Shown: one piece after another, positions 27,501-35,218 of the stretch
How the letters are laid out: each line of letters begins with the position of its first letter
How positions within the stretch are numbered: the stretch's first letter is position 1
Virus record (IMG/VR): IMGVR_UViG_3300042837_000038
Location: 1 to 55,003 of that record
Length of the DNA stretch: 55,003 nt
Reading direction: 5' to 3' (one strand)
Origin: a virus
Taxonomy: Duplodnaviria; Caudoviricetes
Notes under the pieces: model-generated
What the model was told of the DNA's origin: nothing
Database searches by the model: none
What the model saw: the letters and a program-made list of their open reading frames with translations, nothing else
Made by a program: the position numbers and the translations under genes

Positions 27501-28047
27501 GGCTAATGCGTTGGCTCAAGCCATTGGAGCGCCCGTCCCTGACTTCGTGCGAGCCAATCGTGACACCATTTACACCGATTGGATTAACGGCACAGTTGGT
27601 TCCGAGATTATTGATGCCATCAATAACCCACTCCCCGGCAAGAAGGAGTTGTGGGGAAAGATTCTCAATAGTAAGGAATCCAAAGTCCTGGGGTTGTTCG
27701 ATGCCCTGTCCTTGAATCCAGATCGTCATCATGGAAACTGGATGATTGACGAGAAGGGGAAACTCAAGGCAATTGATCATGGTCAGACGTGGCACAAGAC
27801 GGCTCTGACCCCTCAGGAGCGGTTAAGCCTAAACGATTCTCCGTTCCTAAATAAGTGGATCTACGAGTATGGAGAGTTCAAGGACAATCCATTTACTCTT
27901 GATGATATTCAGAAGTTACAGGATCGAATCACGGCCATCCGGAACAGGTTTGAGGATCTGGATCGGGTTGACTGGTACAATAGAACTCTGGTTGTCCTGA
28001 AGCTGCTCAAGTCGCATGCCACAGGAACGGAGGATCTGATCACATGA
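24574..28047 (+). CDS. Large virion-associated protein: VIP2-like ADP-ribosyltransferase, low-complexity linker, PI3/4K- or HipA-like kinase
   Basis: HPRDSHGRF N-terminus; ART motifs NGKLR, LILSR, GYSST, SREVFL; kinase motifs VFVK, DRHHGNWM, AIDHG. Confidence 0.85.
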   Translation: MAGVGDSWGTAEELLHPRDSHGRFRSSWKMSAAAVKNILGILSSFQPRTFESDDHASNYLRGISQSRRPKYGANAIDKLVRNFAEINGKLRKGDSSGPDIKAIDAEMEPLPDNLILSRVVGPEAFGLTPENISQLEEYTGKLVADRGYSSTNIGTPLPHQAGQITMVIATPKGTRAALSGSGNKPSREVFLDREQPLRITKVDSDGQGGFYVLAVATEKGSKGNIRSKKLGPAAKAPAVSPAEEAGVPQAAPVPGPPAPVPQAPNPEAPQAPAPGALVVPKKQGRPAGPPPAPRSDGHVAENLGGQGQSRAEASAPSAPRGAETPSPTTETPEPAPHTPGPEVAPQEPFRDAFRKANINGPSSTSPRRKDFNTAFLGASSGKREPTSIVGELEDRISLYESQLKADKEDGTDSGTLPKDIGQLQQLAQFIRKHFGLGGVKEEKKEPAKKAPAKKVAAPAKKVVAPKAAPSTPEAADQAIKEAERPRRPHRAKVAKKASEPVSLAEPTKDGRSLGDRWLEAADMKRDDLSEVEQVGLNLLADQVASGALSRPEAAKRLGGGSSTKLTKVADGLAKVPRNAGPKKVAKRLTEQPVPDRKKPGLAAGKTNANQVTNGDRILVRKNAAGDWEASSTKTGATTLTVTGKASTKGRRSGIQITGTDEDGNQITVKPGPSHQTFWKAEIKTAPPKKAPDAPQKAPDAPQKAPDAGPKMSTKPLLPNNWDRGGGGGEIDFHGDGDIGVALDALGDDKKLDVDGDALANVWGRLATRAVSGDITERQLIDETKKLRDKFPADSKPYKIINRAAESMDAPEMTAPSLPSQAPAPLKKLAQDLVKIPLARKDRPGDGPSELTMLQELIRDWMAGELSPLRFKTRLVALSNNRHESREGKFEVDRVIKEAIDAIGKMDRKDLLPPTPPLPSRITADDIDKARSVETISQGNVGDNRKIVLANGKEVFVKHSKKWGLRSGAEITDAEEMANALAQAIGAPVPDFVRANRDTIYTDWINGTVGSEIIDAINNPLPGKKELWGKILNSKESKVLGLFDALSLNPDRHHGNWMIDEKGKLKAIDHGQTWHKTALTPQERLSLNDSPFLNKWIYEYGEFKDNPFTLDDIQKLQDRITAIRNRFEDLDRVDWYNRTLVVLKLLKSHATGTEDLIT
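26637..26692 (+). repeat. 21-bp in-frame tandem repeat (KAPDAPQ, about 2.7 copies)
   Basis: AAAAGGCTCCTGATGCCCCCC repeated. Confidence 0.9.
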
Positions 28048-28271
28048 GACGCATCAACTTCGTCAAGACGGATGATGATAAGAAAATCCTAGGATCAATC
28101 ATCGAATCATCTGGTGAGTTGCATTTCAATGGGATGGGATTTACCGTATACAACTCCCTAAAAACGGCTTACGGTGAATCTCCTCCTACAGACAAGAAGA
28201 TATTTGATACCCTTGCCTCGGGTTGGTCTAACGGGCCAGTAAAGACTGTCATGGAAGGGGAGGCCAAGTAA
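28044..28271 (+). CDS. Small AT-rich protein, possible immunity partner
   Basis: ATGA overlap with the ART/kinase gene; same low-GC codon usage as the kinase domain. Confidence 0.7.
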   Translation: MRRINFVKTDDDKKILGSIIESSGELHFNGMGFTVYNSLKTAYGESPPTDKKIFDTLASGWSNGPVKTVMEGEAK

Positions 28272-28432
28272 TGGCATGTGCGTGCAACGGCGGGACGTCC
28301 GAAGTGGTGCCGGCCGTGGAACCCCAGTACATGGTGTCCCTCCCCAACGGTCAGACCGTCGTGGTCCAGGGTGAACACGCCGCCAAGGTAGAGGTCACTA
28401 TGGCTGGCGGAGGAAGCTACGTCAGGCGTTAG
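28271..28432 (+). CDS. Small MxCxC protein (53 aa)
   Basis: MACACNGG...VSLPNGQ...AGGGSY; typical of genes upstream of capsid in actinophages. Confidence 0.7.
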   Translation: MACACNGGTSEVVPAVEPQYMVSLPNGQTVVVQGEHAAKVEVTMAGGGSYVRR

Positions 28433-28443
28433 AATGGGCACAT

Positions 28444-28518
28444 ACCGGGGTGGAGCAGGTCGGTCAGCTCACTGGGCTCATAACTCAGAGGTCACAGGTT
28501 CAAATCCTGTCCCCGGCA
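28444..28518 (+). tRNA. tRNA-Met (CAT), initiator-like
   Basis: Cloverleaf; TGGAGCAG D-arm, CTCATAA loop, GGTTCAAATCC T-arm, 1:72 mismatch; TAGAAT at 28430-28435. Confidence 0.9.
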
Positions 28519-28522
28519 CAAG

Positions 28523-28590
28523 TGGATCGGATGGGAATCGAACCCACCTCCTCGGCGCTATGACCAGCTCAGCCACTGAGCTACCGACCC
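28523..28590 (-). tRNA. tRNA-like gene with truncated anticodon arm
   Basis: GGGTCGG acceptor, GCTC/GAGC D-stem, GTGGG-TTCGATT-CCCAT T-arm; only 19 nt between D and T arms. Confidence 0.65.
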
Positions 28591-28716
28591 AGGTATCCCC
28601 TCCCACCTACGGTGGAACGCAACTCTCGGCCTCATCACCGATTTTGTCCACATTTCCTTGCGGTTTATGTCCGGTGGTAAAACGGGGATACGACTAGTGT
28701 ACCATGAAGGTGTCCA

Positions 28717-28799
28717 GGATCGGTGCTGTTGGAACAGCTCCCAAGCCTCGAAAACTTGGGAAACCCCGGGCGTGGGTTCGATTCCCACCCGATCCACCA
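28717..28799 (+). tRNA. Atypical tRNA-Ser (CGA) with encoded CCA
   Basis: GGATCGG/CCGATCC acceptor, CTCGAAA loop, GGTTCGATTCC T-loop, ACCA end; short D-arm. Confidence 0.7.
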
Positions 28800-28923
28800 G
28801 AACTTTTCACCAGCACCATGTAAGTGCTACGATCCCCTTGATCTTCATCCTGCGCTGTGTGCCGGGACCGAGGGTGGCTGTGCTTGAGAGCCGCGCCAAT
28901 ACGCGACTCTTTGGAGCACTCTC

Positions 28924-30633
28924 ATGTTTGTCATCCCAGAGGACCTGAGTACCTTCTCCACGAACGCCGTGCAGGGGTTCATCGAGCAGGCGACCCAGGA
29001 ATACAACACCCTGAAGGCCCAGTTCACCACGGACAACGTCACCGACGAAGCGCTTGACCAGCTCAAGGCCCTGCGGCAGTTCGTCAAGGTGGACGGTCCA
29101 GCGGAGATCACCTCCCGCCAGCAGCGTCAGGCCGACTTCACCGCCCTCGACGACGAGCCCGAGACCCCCGAAACCGAAGAGGTTGAAGAGGTTGAGGAGC
29201 CGGAGGCCGAGCCGGAGCCGGTAGTGGCTGCCGCGAAGGCGAAGGCGCCACGGATCAAGGACATCGCCAAGGACACCCCGGAGCCAAAGGAGTCGCCGGC
29301 CCAGGCCCGGCCGCAGTATTCCTCACTGGTGGCCGCAGCCGGTGTCCCGAACTACAACACCGGGGATCAGTTCAACACGCTCCTGGACGTGGCCAAAGCG
29401 TTCGAGGCACGCACCGCAGGCTTCACCTCCATGGTGACCAGCGGACGCGGCCACGAAGTGCAGCAATACCCGGTGGCGGTGCTCCAGCGCAACTACCCGG
29501 ACGAGTTCTCGGTCAACGGTGACGAATCCGACTACGAGAAGCTGCTCAAGGTTTCCGACGAAACCCGCCTGCCCGGTGGTTCGCTGCTGGCCAGCGTGGA
29601 CCTGCGCCGCAAGGAGATCCTGGCCACGCAGCCCGAACGGGATGCCCTCGTCGCCGCCGCAGGCTGGTGCGCGCCGTCGGAGACCGACTACGACATCTGT
29701 CTCCAGATCACCACCGACGGTCTCCTGGACGTGCCCGAGGTGCAGGCCCGCCGTGGCGGTATCCGGCACAACACCGGTATCGAGTTCGACTCGATCTTCG
29801 GTTCGGGTACCGGCTTCTTCGACCTCACCGAGGCCCAGGTCGCCGCTGGCACCACGAAGACGTGCCTGGAAATTCCCTGCCCATCGTTCGTGGACACCCG
29901 GCTCGGTGTCACCGGCCTCTGCCTGACCGGAAACATCCTGTCGATCCGGGGCTACCCGGAGTTCACGGCGGCGTTCACCCGTGGCGCTCTGGCCGCGTCG
30001 GCTCACCAGGTCAACCGGGAGCAGATCCTGGACATGATCGCCGACTCGACGGCAGTGGACCTGACCGGCCTGGCTCCGTGGGCCACGGACGGTTCCACGG
30101 TGTCTCAGGTCATGTCGGCGGTGGAACTGGCAATCGTGGACATCAAGTACCGGCTGCGGCTCCAGCGTTCGGCCACCCTTGAGGTGGTTATGCCGTTCTG
30201 GATCCTGGCCCAGATGCGGGCGGACTGGATCCGGCGCACCGGCATGGACAACGGGCAGATCGCGCTGGCGGATTCGGCGATCAACTCGGCGTTCTCGGCC
30301 CGGGGTGCCCGGGTCCAGTACGTGTACGACTGGCAGGACGCCTTCAGCAACGGTGCGGCGACTGGTACCGGTGCGGACACGCCGGTGTCGATCTTCAACC
30401 GGTCGCTCCAGTTCCTGGTCTACCCGGCCGGCACCTGGGTGCGCGCTGTGTCCGACGTGATCACGCTGAACTCGGTGTACGACTCGACCAAGCTGGCCAC
30501 CAACCAGGTGACCCACCTGTTCACGGAAACCGGTTGGGCCATGGTTCGCATGTGCCCGGTTTCCCGGGTCTACACGGTGCCTGTCTGCCCGAGCGGTAAG
30601 ACCACCATCGCCGGCACTCTCACCTGCCCGTAA
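28924..30633 (+). CDS. Major capsid protein (hexamer type) with N-terminal scaffold-like domain
   Basis: LVAAAGWCAPSETDYD, LLDVPEV..RRGGI, KTCLEIPCP, YPAGTWV; resembles cluster-B-like actinophage capsids. Confidence 0.9.
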   Translation: MFVIPEDLSTFSTNAVQGFIEQATQEYNTLKAQFTTDNVTDEALDQLKALRQFVKVDGPAEITSRQQRQADFTALDDEPETPETEEVEEVEEPEAEPEPVVAAAKAKAPRIKDIAKDTPEPKESPAQARPQYSSLVAAAGVPNYNTGDQFNTLLDVAKAFEARTAGFTSMVTSGRGHEVQQYPVAVLQRNYPDEFSVNGDESDYEKLLKVSDETRLPGGSLLASVDLRRKEILATQPERDALVAAAGWCAPSETDYDICLQITTDGLLDVPEVQARRGGIRHNTGIEFDSIFGSGTGFFDLTEAQVAAGTTKTCLEIPCPSFVDTRLGVTGLCLTGNILSIRGYPEFTAAFTRGALAASAHQVNREQILDMIADSTAVDLTGLAPWATDGSTVSQVMSAVELAIVDIKYRLRLQRSATLEVVMPFWILAQMRADWIRRTGMDNGQIALADSAINSAFSARGARVQYVYDWQDAFSNGAATGTGADTPVSIFNRSLQFLVYPAGTWVRAVSDVITLNSVYDSTKLATNQVTHLFTETGWAMVRMCPVSRVYTVPVCPSGKTTIAGTLTCP

Positions 30634-30638
30634 GCAAC

Positions 30639-30672
30639 CTGGGGCCCCCGGGCAACCGCTCGGGGGCCTTAG
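30639..30672 (+). terminator. Hairpin after capsid gene
   Basis: CTGGGGCCCCCGGGC...GCTCGGGGGCCTTAG. Confidence 0.6.
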
Positions 30673-30690
30673 CCCAGGCCAGATACGGAG

Positions 30691-31545
30691 GTGACAGCAA
30701 TGGCCTACTTCAACGGACCGGCACTCATTGATCCACCGATGGCACCAGCGGCGCCGATGGGGATCTTCGACGTTGCCCTGGGCCCGATGTCCTTCCCGGT
30801 GGAAGCCGCCCAGGGTGGCGGGGTAATCCTCGTTCCCGACGACTGTGCCAGCGACTTCTACCTGATCGCCATGGACTGCCCACCCATCACCGGGGCTAAG
30901 ACGTTCACCGGCGTGGAGGCCCCGATCTCCGGGTCCCCGTTCACTGTCATGACGTCCTACACCTGCGGTTCGATCGGTTTCTCGTTCGAGGAGGCGACCC
31001 AGCGGGTCCGTACCCGGATGCAGTTGCGTGAGCAGCGGGCGGTGGAGCGCCGCATCTGGGGTGGTTCCACGGGCGTCCTGGGCACCATTCCCGGCCTGTT
31101 CGCCAGCGCCACCAGCCTCGGTTCCGCATCGTGTGTCACCGAGGCCCTGGAGATGCTGGAACAGACGTTGGCCGACAACGGGGTGCTGGACGGCATCATT
31201 CACGCCCGTCCCGGCATGGCCGCCCACCTGGCCCAGTCACATCTGATCTACGACCAGGCGCCACGGGTGCGACGTACGGCCATCAACACCCGACTGGCGT
31301 TCGGTCAGGGCTACACGGGTGTGGGTCCCACCGGCCAGGCGGTGTCCACGGACACGGAGTGGATGTACGCCACTGGTCGGGTGCTGATCTGGGGCGGCGA
31401 CACGTTCGTGTCGGACCCGGGGATGGGCCTGAACCGGACCACCAACCAGTTGTATCTGGTGGCTGAGCGGACATTCGCGGTGGCGATCGAGTGTGGGATA
31501 TGGGCTGTCCAGGTAACCCGAAACTGTACGACGGCAGGGGCCTGA
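30691..31545 (+). CDS. Second capsid protein (pentamer type)
   Basis: PFTV...YTC, EQRAVER, IIHA, GQGY, WMYATG, N....VAERT; follows major capsid. Confidence 0.75.
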   Translation: MTAMAYFNGPALIDPPMAPAAPMGIFDVALGPMSFPVEAAQGGGVILVPDDCASDFYLIAMDCPPITGAKTFTGVEAPISGSPFTVMTSYTCGSIGFSFEEATQRVRTRMQLREQRAVERRIWGGSTGVLGTIPGLFASATSLGSASCVTEALEMLEQTLADNGVLDGIIHARPGMAAHLAQSHLIYDQAPRVRRTAINTRLAFGQGYTGVGPTGQAVSTDTEWMYATGRVLIWGGDTFVSDPGMGLNRTTNQLYLVAERTFAVAIECGIWAVQVTRNCTTAGA

Positions 31546-31546
31546 C

Positions 31547-31777
31547 GTGGCTTACATGTACCCGAAATCTGAGGAGTTCGCCCAGGTGTTCCAGGACCTG
31601 GCGGCACTGGCGGGCAGGCCTCGCGACATCCGTACCACCACGGACGGACCGGTCCCGTTGGGTCTGGTTGTTCCGGACGATCTTTTTGAGCGTTACCAGG
31701 CCACGTTGGAGTTGCCCGTAGAAGCGGAAACTCCGAAGAAGCGTGGTCCGGGTCGGCCGCGTAAGGAGCAATCATGA
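31547..31777 (+). CDS. Small virion/assembly protein
   Basis: 76 aa with KKRGPGRPRK AT-hook-like tail. Confidence 0.75.
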   Translation: MAYMYPKSEEFAQVFQDLAALAGRPRDIRTTTDGPVPLGLVVPDDLFERYQATLELPVEAETPKKRGPGRPRKEQS

Positions 31778-32484
31778 CCTCTGTTTGTTACACCCCCATC
31801 AAGATCCCTACGGTGCGGGTGACGAAACTGAACGCCTGTGGCCAGGCGGTCACCGGCACCTGTTCCACGGTGACTTCCAACGGCATCATCTCCGTGGCGA
31901 TGACCAAGGAGTACGAGGACCGGCAGGAGTTCTTCGTCAAGAACGGTGACGGCACGTTCTGTGTGCGGGCCACCAACCCACCGATCCTGAAGTGGATCAA
32001 CCTGGTGGTGACGTTCTGCAACGTGGACCCCGAGTTGGTCAACCTGATGACTGCGGAACCGATGGTGGCCGACGACGCTACCGCTCCCCGCAACACCGGT
32101 TTCTCCACCGACCAGGACTCGGCGTCCAACTCCAACTTCGCCCTGGAGGGGTGGACGCGGATCACCGGTTCCACGGCACCGTGTACCGGTACCAACGCGT
32201 TGGAGTACGGCTACGTCCTCTTCCCGTGGGTCATCGAAGGAACCGTCGGTGACATCACCTACCAGAACGACACCGTCTCGTTCATCGTGAACGCCCGTAC
32301 CACGAACAACTCGGTGTGGGGCCTGGGTCCGTACTTCGTGGACCTGTCCGACGCCACGGGAACACTGAACAACCCGATCAAGCTGCTGACACCGATCACG
32401 TCGACGCAGCATCACCGGATGTTCCTGACCCGGCTCGCACCGCCCACGGGTGCCTGTGGCTGTGTTCCTCTCTTCAACATCTAA
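31774..32484 (+). CDS. Major tail protein
   Basis: RVTKLNACG, FCNVDPELV, FALEGWT, YGYVLFPW. Confidence 0.85.
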   Translation: MTSVCYTPIKIPTVRVTKLNACGQAVTGTCSTVTSNGIISVAMTKEYEDRQEFFVKNGDGTFCVRATNPPILKWINLVVTFCNVDPELVNLMTAEPMVADDATAPRNTGFSTDQDSASNSNFALEGWTRITGSTAPCTGTNALEYGYVLFPWVIEGTVGDITYQNDTVSFIVNARTTNNSVWGLGPYFVDLSDATGTLNNPIKLLTPITSTQHHRMFLTRLAPPTGACGCVPLFNI

Positions 32485-32518
32485 CCCAAGAACCATATGA
32501 ACGTGAGAGGGTGGCGGC

Positions 32519-33322
32519 ATGGTCGATGTTTTCGGTGATGCCGTCACCGCTCCGTGCAACTTCACGGTAGATACGTCCTGCTGCGATGACTGGGACACCT
32601 ACGACCCCGAGTTGCAGACCAACGCGGCCGAGTACGGTGCCCTCGTCATGTGGGCGGCCACCGGGCGCCAGTACGGGCTGTGTACCAAGACGGTGCGCCC
32701 CTGTGGACGCACGTGCGGCCCCAACCCCTACGGTGGGTACTTCTGGTCCGAGGGCACCTGGCTCCCGTACACCGTGGGCGGGCTGTGGTTCAACTGCACC
32801 TGTGGCTGTAACGGGTCCCTGGGATGCTGCTCGTGCGTGCCCCGCTGCCAGGTGTGGCTGCCCGGGCCGGTGGCAGCCGTGTCCGGGGTGTCGGTGGACG
32901 GCGACATGGTCCCGGTGGACTCGTGGCGGGTGGACAACGGTCGCTGGCTGGTCCGCACCGACGGTGACTGCTGGCCGGAGTGCCAGGACTACAACGTCGA
33001 CTCCGGTGAGGGCACCTTCTTCGTCACCTACCAGGTGGGTATCCCCGTCCCGTCGGTGGTGGCCCGGGCGGCTGGGGAACTGGCCTGCGAGTGGGCCAAG
33101 TCGTGCCAGGGGCAACCGTGCCGGCTTCCCCAGCGGGTCCAGTCGGTGACCCGGCAGGGCGTGTCGGTGTCGATGGTGCCGATCGATGTGCTGCTGTCAC
33201 ACGGTTTTACCGGGATCGAAACAGTGGACCAGGTGATCCGGTCCCTGAACCCGTCAGGGTTGACCGGGCGGATGCGGATCTCCAGCCCCGACCTTCCCGT
33301 GACCCGCATGGTGACGGGATAG
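32519..33322 (+). CDS. Head-to-tail adaptor (Cys-rich)
   Basis: WAATGRQYG, LVRTDGDCWPECQ, AAGELACE, CRLP.RV.SVTRQGV. Confidence 0.85.
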   Translation: MVDVFGDAVTAPCNFTVDTSCCDDWDTYDPELQTNAAEYGALVMWAATGRQYGLCTKTVRPCGRTCGPNPYGGYFWSEGTWLPYTVGGLWFNCTCGCNGSLGCCSCVPRCQVWLPGPVAAVSGVSVDGDMVPVDSWRVDNGRWLVRTDGDCWPECQDYNVDSGEGTFFVTYQVGIPVPSVVARAAGELACEWAKSCQGQPCRLPQRVQSVTRQGVSVSMVPIDVLLSHGFTGIETVDQVIRSLNPSGLTGRMRISSPDLPVTRMVTG

Positions 33323-33324
33323 TT

Positions 33325-33852
33325 ATGGATCTTCAACTGCGGGTGATCACGGCCCACGCCCTGGCGTGCCTGTGTACGGCGGTGAACGCCAACCCGAATC
33401 CACCACAACACTGTTGCAGACGCATCGAGTTTGACATCACCCAGGACCTGTCACCCGAGGTGGATCTGTGCTGTGAGGGCATCGCCTACGTCACCATGGG
33501 GGACGTGTGGCCCTCCTCGGCGTCGTTCCCGGAGGCGGACATCGTCCGCCAGGTGGCCGGCTCCTGCTACCCGCCCGCATGGGGGGTGCAACTTCGGTTG
33601 GGGATCACCCGGTGCGCACCGTCCGGGCTGGCACCCACGTGTGAGGAGGAGGAGGTGGCGTTCCTCCAGGACCTGGACGACTCGCAGGCGTTGAGAGCGG
33701 CAAGTTGTTGCGTGCGCAACTATATCCTCACCGACCCGCAGTGGTTGGGATACAACGTGGTCATCGAGCGTCAGGTCAAAACCATCGGTGGCGGCTGCGT
33801 GGACCGGTACGCACCGATCAGCATCCAGTTCCCGAACTGCGACTGCGGGTAA
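33325..33852 (+). CDS. Tail terminator-like protein (Cys-rich)
   Basis: Position; LGITRC and GGC motifs. Confidence 0.65.
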   Translation: MDLQLRVITAHALACLCTAVNANPNPPQHCCRRIEFDITQDLSPEVDLCCEGIAYVTMGDVWPSSASFPEADIVRQVAGSCYPPAWGVQLRLGITRCAPSGLAPTCEEEEVAFLQDLDDSQALRAASCCVRNYILTDPQWLGYNVVIERQVKTIGGGCVDRYAPISIQFPNCDCG

Positions 33853-33856
33853 TGAC

Positions 33857-34282
33857 ATGGCCCGGGTGGAGATCAATTCCGCTCAGGCCCGGCTCACCGC
33901 TACCCGGCTCTCCACCAAGGCGGTTCGGGAAATGGTCCGGGCTGTTGAGATCCAGGCCAAGGTCCGGGCCTCCGTGGGGGAGTACACCACCGGGCGCCTC
34001 ACCAGATCCATCACCAGCCGGGTCTGGGTTTCCGGGGTAAGGGTCAACGGTTCCGTTGGATCCCTCCTTCCCTACGCCCACCTGGCGGACTCAGGTGCCA
34101 AGCCACACCGTATCGAACCCGGGCGTCCACCATGGGCGCTACGGTTCTACTGGCGTAAAGTGGGAAGGGTGGTTTATCGTTCACATGTCAATCACCCTGG
34201 ACAGTCCGGGAAAGGTTGGCTCACCGGTCCATTGACATCTGAGGCGCGTCGGCGCGGATGGAAGGTCATCATTCATGACTGA
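33857..34282 (+). CDS. HK97 gp10-like neck/tail completion protein
   Basis: TGRLTRSI, YA.....GAKPH.I.P, LRF, VNHPG. Confidence 0.75.
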   Translation: MARVEINSAQARLTATRLSTKAVREMVRAVEIQAKVRASVGEYTTGRLTRSITSRVWVSGVRVNGSVGSLLPYAHLADSGAKPHRIEPGRPPWALRFYWRKVGRVVYRSHVNHPGQSGKGWLTGPLTSEARRRGWKVIIHD

Positions 34283-34616
34283 GCCAGTAACCATCAAGGG
34301 TCGCGAGATGGAAATGAAGTTCCCGACCCCGCTTCAGATGACGTTGCTGGGACGGGAACTGAGCGTCCTGCAGCGGGCCCAGAACAACCCGGAAATTGTC
34401 GCAGACAATGCGATCAAATACTTCGCCAGCATCGCCCGTGTCCTGGACATCATGGAAGCGTTGATTGTCAAGGAAGCCGACCGGGATTTCCTCACCGAAA
34501 AGATGCGTGACGGTGACCTGAGCCTGGACGAGTTGAAGCCGCTGTTTACTTCGGTCCTCGCCGGGGATCCGGAATCAGCCCCGGTGGTGCGTCGTGCCCG
34601 TGTTAAGCGAAGCTAA
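34275..34616 (+). CDS. Tail assembly chaperone (putative)
   Basis: Position two genes before tape measure. Confidence 0.65.
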   Translation: MTEPVTIKGREMEMKFPTPLQMTLLGRELSVLQRAQNNPEIVADNAIKYFASIARVLDIMEALIVKEADRDFLTEKMRDGDLSLDELKPLFTSVLAGDPESAPVVRRARVKRS

Positions 34617-35166
34617 CGAAGCACCGCCTTACATCATTCCTAAACTGGTCACCGATCCCGTCGCCTCACTGACCCCGTGGCCGATCGAAATACAGGTGGG
34701 ATCCGTGCACGCCACCATTCCCGCCACCTATGCCGTGGACTGGCTCAGCATCCTCATGGTGGGGGACAAGTTGTGGCTGGAGGACGTGTTCCCGGGAATG
34801 ACCTTGGACCCGGACGCCATGGAAGAGGCCCTGGAAGCCGGCCAGTTGGACGCCATCGACTTTCAGGACCTGGCCCTGGCCGCCATCTCCTCGGCGTCCG
34901 GGCGGCCATGGTGGGTGGCCCTGCGGTTGATTGAGACAGTCCGGGCCAACTGGGACCAGTTGGGACCCGAGTTCGTGTACCGCAACATCGACGCCACCAG
35001 GGTGTCGCTGTCGGCGTGGCTGGACGTCACCATGTTGCTGGCCCTGAAGAGCGTGAAGCAGGATCAGATCCCTATGTTCCTGGCCCAGTTGGAGGCACCA
35101 CCACCTGGCGAGGAAGCAGCGGACGACGGTGGGATGAACGCGGACCAGTTCCTGTCTATGATGTAA
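34594..35166 (+). CDS. Second tail assembly chaperone (putative)
   Basis: GRPWWVALRL, SLSAWLD; directly before tape measure. Confidence 0.65.
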   Translation: MPVLSEANEAPPYIIPKLVTDPVASLTPWPIEIQVGSVHATIPATYAVDWLSILMVGDKLWLEDVFPGMTLDPDAMEEALEAGQLDAIDFQDLALAAISSASGRPWWVALRLIETVRANWDQLGPEFVYRNIDATRVSLSAWLDVTMLLALKSVKQDQIPMFLAQLEAPPPGEEAADDGGMNADQFLSMM

Positions 35167-35218
35167 CTGGTAGCGCCTCCCTTACGCCTACCACTTCCAG
35201 TTGTCTGGTGGTGGATAC

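Noticed and set aside
28523-28547. tRNA 3' half as an attP core
   Set aside because: No integrase recognised in the window, and the element retains its 5' acceptor and D-arm
29323-31227. Long antisense ORFs (634 aa here; also 38893-40452 and 22296-23639)
   Set aside because: Shadow frames of high-GC3 genes on the opposite strand, with no motifs or RBS
34594-34616. Programmed -1 frameshift between tail chaperones
   Set aside because: The second ORF is in the +1 frame and no X-XXY-YYZ slippery heptamer is visible
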